Source: a virus. From it: a stretch of DNA of 64,000 bases. Both the position numbers and the translations under genes were made by a program. This document shows positions 55,653-64,000 of the stretch, piece by piece. The stretch is from positions 1 to 64,000 of the IMG/VR virus record IMGVR_UViG_3300022200_000031. One strand, written 5' to 3'. The notes beneath the pieces are model-generated. The model did no database searches. It worked only from the letters and a program-made list of their open reading frames with translations, and was not told where the DNA came from. How positions within the stretch are numbered: position 1 is the stretch's first letter; each line of letters starts with the position of its first letter.

Positions 55653-56398
55653 TGGAAAAGACAATTACTAAAATCAATGAGGTTCTGTCTGAAAAGTTTG
55701 ACAGAGGTATCTCAATCAGAGTCACCAACACTCTCAGTATTCCTCCAATGGATGATGATAGTCAGTTCTCCATTAAATTTAAGTTTACTGTAAATGGTGC
55801 TGGGTACCGTGGATGGTATCTATCCAACACCGATCGTGCTGAGATAAATGAATTTGTGTATGACACCCTGCACGATGATGTGTTTGTTCTGCCTAATCTA
55901 GTGGACTTTGATGGTAAGTGTTATGCCTTGGTTGGTGATGGTATGATTACTGTTGAGCGTGAAACTAAGGTTCTTATGACCAACGATGTAGCGCCATCCT
56001 CAATTGTAGAGCTGCATGAAATGCTTGAGGACATTGATGTGTCGTCTATTGATATGTCGGATGTATATGACAGACAGGTTGGTTACAACTTCAGTGATGA
56101 AGAATGTATGCTGATGTATACCAACATCCCTGGTAATGTTCTCAGTGATGGTAGCGGTCGTTATACACTAATTGACTTAGATGTATTTAATATTCTCCCA
56201 ACGCGTTTCAAATATTGTCCTGCATTCTCTCTTCTATGTGATAGGATTGGTTTTAAGCAGTCTCGCCTTGAGGGATTCTGCGATAAGTATAATCTGGACC
56301 CTGAGATGTTCCTTTCCAACTACAAGCAGTTTCTTCAATTTGAGAAGGACATGGGTTCTGATGATGAAAAAATGATGGAGATTTTAACGGAGAAATAA
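55652..56398 (+). CDS. hypothetical protein, possible degenerate kinase-like fold
   Basis: TNIPGNVL...YTLIDLD. Confidence 0.5.
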   Translation: MEKTITKINEVLSEKFDRGISIRVTNTLSIPPMDDDSQFSIKFKFTVNGAGYRGWYLSNTDRAEINEFVYDTLHDDVFVLPNLVDFDGKCYALVGDGMITVERETKVLMTNDVAPSSIVELHEMLEDIDVSSIDMSDVYDRQVGYNFSDEECMLMYTNIPGNVLSDGSGRYTLIDLDVFNILPTRFKYCPAFSLLCDRIGFKQSRLEGFCDKYNLDPEMFLSNYKQFLQFEKDMGSDDEKMMEILTEK

Positions 56399-56400
56399 TT

Positions 56401-57003
56401 ATGATGGTATATGATTTAGCTATTGTGGAGGACCATGGTCACCACTATAGAGTGATTGGTACAACAAAGAATACATTAGACCGTATGGCCGGTGAAGACT
56501 ATATTAAAGTGTCATCGATGGCGTATGAAATGATTTGGCCTGCATTGCGAGATGGTAAGGAAGTAAGACTTCCTAAGGTTCTCCATACCAATGAAGTACT
56601 TCCCGGTGAAGTACAAATTATCGAACATAGTCCTGATGATGCAGATGCAGCACGCACTGCAGCACTGATCAAGGTACGCTCGCTTGTTGTCCCAGAGATG
56701 ACTAAAGAGTCAGGATTCACTCTTTATAACTTCATGATGATGAATAATGAGTTGGCAAGTGAAGGATACTTCATTACTAATAATAATCGTGAAGAAAAGT
56801 ACATTGAGATCATCGAAACAGGCAATGAAAGGCTAATTGAAACCCTTGAGATGTACCTAGAAGCTAAGGATACCCTTGACCGGGCGGCCTCAATGAAAGT
56901 TCGGTTGGATAAGTTCCGTAAAGAAATCGGCCGAATGGATGCTGTAGATGATATTAAGACGGCTACCGACAATTTCTTGGCTACATTCTATACCTCAAAG
57001 TAA
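56401..57003 (+). CDS. hypothetical protein in the rSAM cluster
   Basis: GGAG RBS; full-length ORF in the operon. Confidence 0.65.
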   Translation: MMVYDLAIVEDHGHHYRVIGTTKNTLDRMAGEDYIKVSSMAYEMIWPALRDGKEVRLPKVLHTNEVLPGEVQIIEHSPDDADAARTAALIKVRSLVVPEMTKESGFTLYNFMMMNNELASEGYFITNNNREEKYIEIIETGNERLIETLEMYLEAKDTLDRAASMKVRLDKFRKEIGRMDAVDDIKTATDNFLATFYTSK

Positions 57004-57008
57004 TATGA

Positions 57009-57824
57009 ATGTCCGCTGTTGTATATCACTCAAACGATCATAAGAAGATCAATGGTACTCTCTTCTATTGTTTTGAGTACTATGTACTGCTAAAAAGATA
57101 CATTCCAGGCCTGCAGTATATCCTTCTCAATACTTCCGATGAAGATCTTCAATGGATGAAATCTATCTTTATTGAGAAGTATAACTTTGATCATGCTTAT
57201 CTTAATGACATCACTAACCTAACAAGGCTTACAGATTTTGTTAGGTTGTCGGTTGATAATGTTCTAATCCTTGATATTCATACTTATAGTAGAGTAAAGG
57301 ACTTTCTCGGAAAGGCTCGATCAGTTCGTGTGTATAGTAATGAGGAGCACAACTACCTGAACGCTAAACCCCATCATGTGTTCTATGGGTTCTACGACTA
57401 TCAGACATTCAATAAAAAAACTAGAATCAAATTATATGCTGACATACACAAGAGGTTTCCTAATAAAAGAAACAAAGTGTTTGTTACGTCATTAAATGCA
57501 GACAATGATTATATTGTCAATCAGTTAGGATTAGATCCATCGAAGGTATTTGTAAAAAATCTAAACAGTCACAATGAGAATATGTATGAACAGGTTGGTG
57601 AGATGATCTACTGGCATAGTTCACATACAGATACAAATAACCGAGCAATAGTGGAGGCATACATCCATGATATTCCTCTGACCATACACTTCAATGGACA
57701 CTATCATGATAGCATCTATGAGAGATCTAACACCATTGCTAATGGTGGTTTGCAGGAAATGTTTCTTGATCAGTCTGATATACTAATACAGGACTTCATT
57801 AATGATTGTACAAATACCAAGTAA
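57009..57824 (+). CDS. divergent GT-B glycosyltransferase-like protein
   Basis: DTNNRAIVEAYIHDIPL resembles the EX7E motif; NGTLFYCFEYY shared with the next gene. Confidence 0.5.
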   Translation: MSAVVYHSNDHKKINGTLFYCFEYYVLLKRYIPGLQYILLNTSDEDLQWMKSIFIEKYNFDHAYLNDITNLTRLTDFVRLSVDNVLILDIHTYSRVKDFLGKARSVRVYSNEEHNYLNAKPHHVFYGFYDYQTFNKKTRIKLYADIHKRFPNKRNKVFVTSLNADNDYIVNQLGLDPSKVFVKNLNSHNENMYEQVGEMIYWHSSHTDTNNRAIVEAYIHDIPLTIHFNGHYHDSIYERSNTIANGGLQEMFLDQSDILIQDFINDCTNTK

Positions 57825-58701
57825 GTATGAGCTCTGCCTAACCTACTCTTGGGGTCCTATCGATCAGGGTATGTGTGGACACATATTTGAGTGTATTGAA
57901 TACTACTTCATTCTGAAAGAACATTACAGTGTGTGTATATTCATTCCTGAGCCACTCAGCAAGAAGTTCATAGAGGATACTGTTAGGGACAAGTATGATT
58001 TCACAGAAGAGGAAACAACGGACCTTTTCGATAATACTATCTTTGGCAATCATCCTAAGATTCTGAAGGGAAGTAATGTACTGTTAACGGATGCTGGGTT
58101 TGGAAAGATGACTAACAGACATCTATTGTTTGATAACATCATGGCTTTTCCATGCGCCGATATGTCATTCAAACAAATGGAAGGTATTACTGTATTCCAG
58201 GATGACCGCATGTATGGTACGGATGCCAAATGCACAACCCATCACTATGTAAAAAAGATTCTACTAGATCGTTATAAGACAATTGGTGATAGTGTTATTG
58301 ATACTAACCTTGTATATGCTACTAAGAATGCAAGAGGGCTTGATGAGTCCATCTACACAGAGTTGGAGCAGTACCCAGGAAACTTTCTGCTGTTGACTAA
58401 TACAGAGATTAAGGGTATACTATCCGATCGTTATACACAGGAAGAGATGCCTGTGAAGAATCTATTTGAGAAGTTTAGTACATACATCTATACTCCTGTA
58501 GGAAAGAAGTATGATTGCAGTCCTAGATTCTTGGTAGAATGCAAGCACTATGGTAAAAATGTTATATTCCATAACATTGACTATTGGGATGTTGATCATG
58601 GTTTGAAGTGGAGAGTCTATGACATCGAGTACGATTATGATTCACTACTTCTTAGATCGGATGATAGTATCATAGAATTAATAGGAGACATCATTGGATA
58701 A
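57802..58701 (+). CDS. divergent GT-B glycosyltransferase-like protein
   Basis: DCSPRFLVECKHYGKNV; CGHIFECIEYY. Confidence 0.5.
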   Translation: MIVQIPSKYELCLTYSWGPIDQGMCGHIFECIEYYFILKEHYSVCIFIPEPLSKKFIEDTVRDKYDFTEEETTDLFDNTIFGNHPKILKGSNVLLTDAGFGKMTNRHLLFDNIMAFPCADMSFKQMEGITVFQDDRMYGTDAKCTTHHYVKKILLDRYKTIGDSVIDTNLVYATKNARGLDESIYTELEQYPGNFLLLTNTEIKGILSDRYTQEEMPVKNLFEKFSTYIYTPVGKKYDCSPRFLVECKHYGKNVIFHNIDYWDVDHGLKWRVYDIEYDYDSLLLRSDDSIIELIGDIIG

Positions 58702-59296
58702 TTATTGTCTCACTGTAACATATAAATGTCAGTGGCATTGCCCATACTGCATTACTGATACACACTCTAAGAGTATAGAGTATGATCAGGTACTAGACAA
58801 CATTAAAAGGATACCCGATCGTGCTCATGTCTCCCTTAGTGGCGGAGAACCTGGTATGTTACCAACAGGAAAGATCATAGAGGTTATTAATAGACTGCGT
58901 GAGAAGCAATGTGTGGTACAGGTTAATAGCAATGGGTTGATTTTTAAAAGACCCGCTATTGTTGATATGGTGGACTTCATCTTCTACCATTGCAGTGAGA
59001 ACCTGGATATTGATGATGAGGTTGTAAAGGATTACCCTGATAAGACTCAGTACATGGTAGTTGTAACAGACAACAACATTGATAAACTCAGATCATTTTT
59101 GGATAAGCATAATGATATTCATATATCAATTTATGCAGCTAAAGAGGTCCCTGTCAATGGTAAGGTTGGCGAACATCTCAGTAAAAAGAACGCTATCAGA
59201 CTCGTGCGTGAGTTTAAGGATTACATCAAACCAGATGAGGTTCCACACATCCTAAATTTCAATGAGTATACTTTGCAGACAGAACACATTAAATGA
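58694..59296 (+). CDS. short radical SAM protein
   Basis: CQWHCPYC, SGGEP, SNG. Confidence 0.88.
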   Translation: MDNYCLTVTYKCQWHCPYCITDTHSKSIEYDQVLDNIKRIPDRAHVSLSGGEPGMLPTGKIIEVINRLREKQCVVQVNSNGLIFKRPAIVDMVDFIFYHCSENLDIDDEVVKDYPDKTQYMVVVTDNNIDKLRSFLDKHNDIHISIYAAKEVPVNGKVGEHLSKKNAIRLVREFKDYIKPDEVPHILNFNEYTLQTEHIK

Positions 59297-60297
59297 TTAA
59301 TAATTATACATTTCCTTTAATTGATAAAGATGAACCTATATGTCAGCGCGCTAAACTTGACACAGGGACTTTCTGTAATTATGAGTGTTCTTTTTGTTAC
59401 TATATTGATCGCCTGCATGAGAAGACAGATCTGGATGTGGTAAAACAGCGTGTGGATTATATCTATGAATGTGGTATCCGCGAAGTAGATCTTAGTGGGG
59501 GTGAATCTTCTGTCCGTACTGATTGGTTTGAGCTGCTGGACTATTGTAAGTCAAAGGAAATGTCAGTCAGTACGGTGACTAACGGATACAAGTTTGCTGA
59601 CCATGATTTTATGAAAAAGTCAAAGGAGCATGGATTGCAGGAGATTCTGTTTAGTGTACATGGGCCCAATAATGACATCCATGATCTTGTAGTTGGAAGA
59701 AAAGGAGCATTTAAGCGAATCATTAAAGCAATTGAGAATGCCCATGATCTAGGAATACTGGTTCGTATCAATTATGTTGTTAATCAACATAGCTACAGTC
59801 TAACAGATGAGTTTGTGTGCATGGTTGATCAGGTGAAGCCATATGAACTGAACTTTCTCACACTAAACTTCTTTGGTTCCGCTAACGAGTATCTACCATA
59901 CAAACTGTCTACTACTCATATCAAACACTGCATTGATATTGTTGACGTTCCTATTATTAATGTAAGGTATGTACCATATTGCTATATGGAAGGGTACGAG
60001 AAGTATGTCTGCAACACGTTCCAGCATATCTATGACAGATACGATTGGAATATGGCAGTGTATGATCAAAGAATAGATCCGGAAGTGTATAAAAAAGATC
60101 CTCTGGATGCATTATATAAGCAAGCGCAGGAAGACCGTAAGCGCATGTACTATAAACCAGAACAATGCAAGGGATGTAAGCATCTCCTAATATGTGATGG
60201 GTTGGAGAATGTAGTTCATGATGATGTAATGCCAACAGAAGGACCAGTGGTGAAGGAGATCAATCACTACAGGAAGGAATACTATGCCAAAGTATAG
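59293..60297 (+). CDS. radical SAM protein with C-terminal CxxCx5C
   Basis: CNYECSFC, SGGE, TNG, SVHG; CKGCKHLLICDG. Confidence 0.9.
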   Translation: MINNYTFPLIDKDEPICQRAKLDTGTFCNYECSFCYYIDRLHEKTDLDVVKQRVDYIYECGIREVDLSGGESSVRTDWFELLDYCKSKEMSVSTVTNGYKFADHDFMKKSKEHGLQEILFSVHGPNNDIHDLVVGRKGAFKRIIKAIENAHDLGILVRINYVVNQHSYSLTDEFVCMVDQVKPYELNFLTLNFFGSANEYLPYKLSTTHIKHCIDIVDVPIINVRYVPYCYMEGYEKYVCNTFQHIYDRYDWNMAVYDQRIDPEVYKKDPLDALYKQAQEDRKRMYYKPEQCKGCKHLLICDGLENVVHDDVMPTEGPVVKEINHYRKEYYAKV

Positions 60298-60910
60298 TAT
60301 TCTAATTCCCACTCATAATAGACCTGAACTGTTTCAGAGATGTATTGCCAGTGTACAGAGAGGTATGCTTGGTGCTGACTACGAGATTATAGTTAATAAT
60401 GATTCACGAGATATTGAGGAAGTAGAAAGATATAACATTAAGTACTACTACATGCGCAATGATAATCTTGGTATGATATACAAGTTTCTATTTGATAGAG
60501 CAAACGGTGAGTATGTGTACTACATGGAAGATGATGATATTATGGATCCAAACTTCTATGAGCGCATTAAGTTATTCAACGAGGATATTATGTTTGGCAA
60601 CTATGTTCCTTTTGAATGGAATAAGTCATTCATTGAGTATATGAGATCAAGACCACAATCATCAAAGGAAGATTTCCTGGAAACATTTGATCCACACCAT
60701 TTCCAACTGTGCCAGATTATGTTTCGGAAATCTGCATTGGCAGACGCTGATTTTCCTACCGACAACAACCTACAGAATGATTTCCTTTTATTTGAGAGAC
60801 TGCAGGGTTCGTTTAGAGTAGTAAACAACTTCTTCTATAAACAAACAATTGATGGTGGTGATAATATTAGCTTCAGCTACCTCAATAAGGATCCAAGATG
60901 GACTTCATAA
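60284..60910 (+). CDS. GT2 (GT-A) glycosyltransferase
   Basis: SILIPTHNR, IIVNND, GEYV.YMEDDD. Confidence 0.85.
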   Translation: MPKYSILIPTHNRPELFQRCIASVQRGMLGADYEIIVNNDSRDIEEVERYNIKYYYMRNDNLGMIYKFLFDRANGEYVYYMEDDDIMDPNFYERIKLFNEDIMFGNYVPFEWNKSFIEYMRSRPQSSKEDFLETFDPHHFQLCQIMFRKSALADADFPTDNNLQNDFLLFERLQGSFRVVNNFFYKQTIDGGDNISFSYLNKDPRWTS

Positions 60911-61818
60911 AGGTATCTGGTGTAGATCATTATGAACAGAGATTGTATGTTCATTGGGATGTAACTACTATTTGTGAGTACAAATGTTCCTACTGTTATG
61001 CTCGCAAACAATACAAGGATCAATGGAATCGTCCTGGAAACTGGGAGGATCACAAATACATTATTGACGAGTTGAGTAAGAGTACACTCCCTGTGTTTCT
61101 TGGTCTCCTTGGTGGAGAACCAACATCCCATCAGAGATACTTTACTTTACTTGATATGATTAATGAGAAAGTACTAACTCATCCAGACTCCAGAATGTAT
61201 ATTACAACCAATGGAGCCAAGAGTACAGAGTTCTTTGATAAGCATAAGACATCTAACGGTAAAACTTATTTCCTTTGGAGTCTCCACCCTGAGTATGCAG
61301 ACTTCGATACATTCTATAACAATGTTCAATTGATGAACAGCAAAGGATACAAAACAAAGATAAATTTGATGCTTCATCCTGGCAAAAGATACTGGGAAAG
61401 ACAAAAGGAATGGTATTATCAGCTATCGGAGCTCCACTATGCTATACTACATCCTCATTTCATCTATCATGGGTTTGATAAGGATGTGAAGTATACAGAT
61501 GAATTCTTTGAGGAGTTTAACTTCCTACAGGATCAGAGAATAAAGGAATTTGTGTTTGAGGATAGTGTAGGAGAGAGTTATATACTTTCCGACTATGAGA
61601 TATTCAAGGGTGGGCATAACCAGTTCAAGGGCTGGCAGTGTTGGCATAATAATTTCGAGATTAGGAATGATGGGTTGATATCCGATCAATGTTTTGATAG
61701 GCAGGGTAGACAAATCACAAAGGACTTCTTTAAGAATATTACAGAGATCGTACCCAGAGTATGTCCACACAACTATTGTAGCTGTGATGGCCTAATGAAG
61801 ATTAGGAAAGAAAAATGA
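60898..61818 (+). CDS. radical SAM protein
   Basis: CEYKCSYC, LGGEP, TTNG, SLHP; C-terminal CPHNYCSC. Confidence 0.9.
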   Translation: MDFIKVSGVDHYEQRLYVHWDVTTICEYKCSYCYARKQYKDQWNRPGNWEDHKYIIDELSKSTLPVFLGLLGGEPTSHQRYFTLLDMINEKVLTHPDSRMYITTNGAKSTEFFDKHKTSNGKTYFLWSLHPEYADFDTFYNNVQLMNSKGYKTKINLMLHPGKRYWERQKEWYYQLSELHYAILHPHFIYHGFDKDVKYTDEFFEEFNFLQDQRIKEFVFEDSVGESYILSDYEIFKGGHNQFKGWQCWHNNFEIRNDGLISDQCFDRQGRQITKDFFKNITEIVPRVCPHNYCSCDGLMKIRKEK

Positions 61819-62708
61819 AAATAATGAATGCTACACGTGAGTACGATGTCCACATCTGTTACGATATTACACTAGCATGCAACAATAGATGTGAGTACTG
61901 CTACTGCCTGGATGACCTTGACAATAAGAAGAAATGGAATGAGGAAACATTCCAACTATTCAAACAGGAACTTGCTAAGCTAACAGATTATAGGGTTCGT
62001 GTGTCTCTTGTGGGTGGAGAACCCCTAGTAATACATGACAAACTACATCGTGTTAAAGAATTACCAATTAGTAGCCTGCAGATCATTAGTAATCTCAACT
62101 TCCCCGAAAGAAACTTTGAAAAGATCCTGACCAATGTAGTGGATGTAAATCCCAACCTACTTGCTGTGTCATGGCACCCATCCTCCAAACTGGATGATGT
62201 TAGAAGGAATATCCTGAAGGCAAAAGAGGCTGGTTTAAATGTAGTGATATCATATCTACTTGATCAGGATAACCTGGATGAGATCTGGGAGGAGGCACAT
62301 TGGGCATTGAATAATGAAATCTGGTTTGTTGTAGACATCATACATACTAATGGGGAAGATAGATTTAAGGATAAACGAAACGCCAAGTATGTTAAACTAC
62401 TCCATCTATCCCAGAGACTGCCCGTAGATCTGCAGATCATTGATCCACTAACAGTTACTATTGATGAAAGCATCTACGATCAGGTTGATATGATGCTGCT
62501 GGATATGAAAGACATCTCTAAGCGATACTACACACAATGTAAACACACTGCATTGGATGTACATTATGATGGTAGCTATGATGTACAATGTAGTCATCCA
62601 TACTCAGGTCATCTGAAGGATGGACTTGAGATCAGAAGCGTGTTTTGTGACAATCACACATGCGATAAAAATGTTACAACTTATAAGAGACTACTAAGAC
62701 GTAAATGA
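61815..62708 (+). CDS. radical SAM protein
   Basis: CNNRCEYC, VGGEP, SWH. Confidence 0.88.
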   Translation: MKIMNATREYDVHICYDITLACNNRCEYCYCLDDLDNKKKWNEETFQLFKQELAKLTDYRVRVSLVGGEPLVIHDKLHRVKELPISSLQIISNLNFPERNFEKILTNVVDVNPNLLAVSWHPSSKLDDVRRNILKAKEAGLNVVISYLLDQDNLDEIWEEAHWALNNEIWFVVDIIHTNGEDRFKDKRNAKYVKLLHLSQRLPVDLQIIDPLTVTIDESIYDQVDMMLLDMKDISKRYYTQCKHTALDVHYDGSYDVQCSHPYSGHLKDGLEIRSVFCDNHTCDKNVTTYKRLLRRK

Positions 62709-63622
62709 CCAAGATAATGAACGCCCACAATGAATATGTTGTGGACCTACACTATGATATTACATTGGCATGCAACAACCGTTGTAGTTACTGCTATGCC
62801 CTGGATTATCTTGACAACAAGAAGAAGTTTAATGAGGAAACATTTGGCCAGTTAAAGGAAGCGTTGGTACAGTTCCGGAAAGATAATCCTGAGTACAAGA
62901 TAAGGCTAACATTGTTGGGCGGTGATCCTTTTGTGATTGAGAACTTTAGTAGAGTGAAGGAACTTCCTGTTGATAGCGTTGAGATCTTATCCAACCTCAA
63001 CTTTCCCAAGAGACACATTGATAAGATAATGCCAACTCTGCAGAGCATGAAATGTTTTGTCGCTGCATCATGGCATGAATCATCTGATATTGAATTGGTG
63101 AAATCAAATGTCCTAAGAATGAAGGGGGAGGGTATTGATATTGGTATTTCCTTCCTTCTTGATGATAAGAATCTCCCGTGGGTGTACGAACATGCCCTCT
63201 GGGCAATCGGTAATGACATTCCCTTTGATGTGGATATTATACGCGACAAAGATAATAATGATTTATTTACTGACACAGATGATGCTCGGTATGGGTCAAT
63301 GTTAATTAACTCCAGGCGACTACTTGTGTCCTCTGCAGGTGAGGAAGTGTACAACACTATTGACGATCGTCATTTTAATGTATATGATATGTACAAGTAT
63401 GATCTAAAGAATATCTCCAGTCAATACTATACAGAATGTAAACTATCTGCTCTGGCAGTTAGATATGATGGTACAATCAACTCCCAGTGTGGCTACCATT
63501 ACAAAGATCACATATCTAACGGATTAAAGATCCCCAAAGTTTTTTGTGATAATAGGACATGCTATTGCAACACCACCACATACAAAAGACTCCTAAGACC
63601 AAAAGCGGGTGCCAAGGTATGA
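62705..63622 (+). CDS. radical SAM protein, paralogue of the upstream gene
   Basis: CNNRCSYC, LGGDP, SWH. Confidence 0.88.
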   Translation: MTKIMNAHNEYVVDLHYDITLACNNRCSYCYALDYLDNKKKFNEETFGQLKEALVQFRKDNPEYKIRLTLLGGDPFVIENFSRVKELPVDSVEILSNLNFPKRHIDKIMPTLQSMKCFVAASWHESSDIELVKSNVLRMKGEGIDIGISFLLDDKNLPWVYEHALWAIGNDIPFDVDIIRDKDNNDLFTDTDDARYGSMLINSRRLLVSSAGEEVYNTIDDRHFNVYDMYKYDLKNISSQYYTECKLSALAVRYDGTINSQCGYHYKDHISNGLKIPKVFCDNRTCYCNTTTYKRLLRPKAGAKV

Positions 63623-64000
63623 TGCTAGAATGGGAATGCATCCTAGAGTGCAACTACAAGTGCTCATATTGCTGTAGGTTTAATGGACCGGCTGGTGTGA
63701 CTGGTCCTATACGATACGAGAAGGATAAGGAGAAGGTTTTTGCTTTCCTTAGTAATCTGAAAGAAAAGTATCCAGACTCAGAGTTGTTTGTCTTTGGTGG
63801 GGAACCTTTCGTTCATCCATTCATTGAGGATATTGTTGCTCATCTTAATAGAATACAGATGCCATTTGTTATACAATCTAATTTCACATTATATGAAAGG
63901 ATGTATAATCTACTAAAGAAGGAAAACTATCCCCTACAGATATCTCTTCATCCAGATGATATACAGGATGAGGAAGAGATGCTCAGACAGCTGGCAGTGT
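63619..64000 (+). CDS. radical SAM protein (3'-truncated, not in ORF track)
   Basis: MMLEWECILECNYKCSYCC...FGGEPF...SLHP, open to the window end. Confidence 0.85.
   Translation, partial: MMLEWECILECNYKCSYCCRFNGPAGVTGPIRYEKDKEKVFAFLSNLKEKYPDSELFVFGGEPFVHPFIEDIVAHLNRIQMPFVIQSNFTLYERMYNLLKKENYPLQISLHPDDIQDEEEMLRQLAV

Noticed and set aside
1-64000. CRISPR array or cas genes
   Set aside because: No regularly spaced direct repeats seen; the Cas4-like exonuclease at 17217 is an ordinary phage PD-(D/E)xK nuclease
52626-64000. 7-deazaguanine DNA modification (QueE) or anaerobic RNR activase (NrdG) as the explanation for the rSAMs
   Set aside because: No folE, queC, queD, dpdA or nrdD in the window; the CX3CX2C/SPASM layouts and late context do not fit, though genes beyond the window cannot be excluded
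1-64000. Stop-codon recoding
   Set aside because: Conserved genes are intact under code 11, TAG and TGA end real genes, and no suppressor tRNA is present

Overview
A 64-kb segment of a T4-like (Straboviridae/Kyanoviridae-type) myophage genome, probably infecting a sigma70 proteobacterium. In order: (1) a late-promoter cluster of proteins whose N-termini resemble the T4 capsid-targeting sequence, including a PD-(D/E)xK-like nuclease, a ligase-fold nucleotidyltransferase and an HxGH nucleotidyltransferase; (2) nrdA, a MobE-like HNH endonuclease, nrdB, glutaredoxin, denA, rnh, phoH, an exonuclease and clpP; (3) two early-promoter cassettes of small ORFs around five tRNAs (Arg, Thr, Pro, Gly, Trp) interleaved with structured non-coding RNA; (4) genes 33, 59 and 32; (5) tail/baseplate genes 29-like, 51, 26, 54, 2, 4, 48, 53, hub, 5, PAAR, 25, 6, 7, 8, a giant VrlC-like protein and a fibre; (6) directly behind the fibre, a tightly coupled island of at least eight radical SAM enzymes, three glycosyltransferase-like proteins and a UDP-sugar dehydrogenase. 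The island surrounds a small fibre-like protein with a (CxCxxx)4 segment placed immediately before an S74 autocleaving chaperone. This is the best candidate for an undescribed system: RiPP-style modification of a virion protein. Other highlights are a probable -1 frameshift joining gp26 to gp51 upstream of the tape-measure gene, an antisense sigma70 promoter with a G-tract between genes 2 and 4, and a palindrome/GATC array upstream of an early promoter. All calls come from reading motifs by eye; no searches were run.
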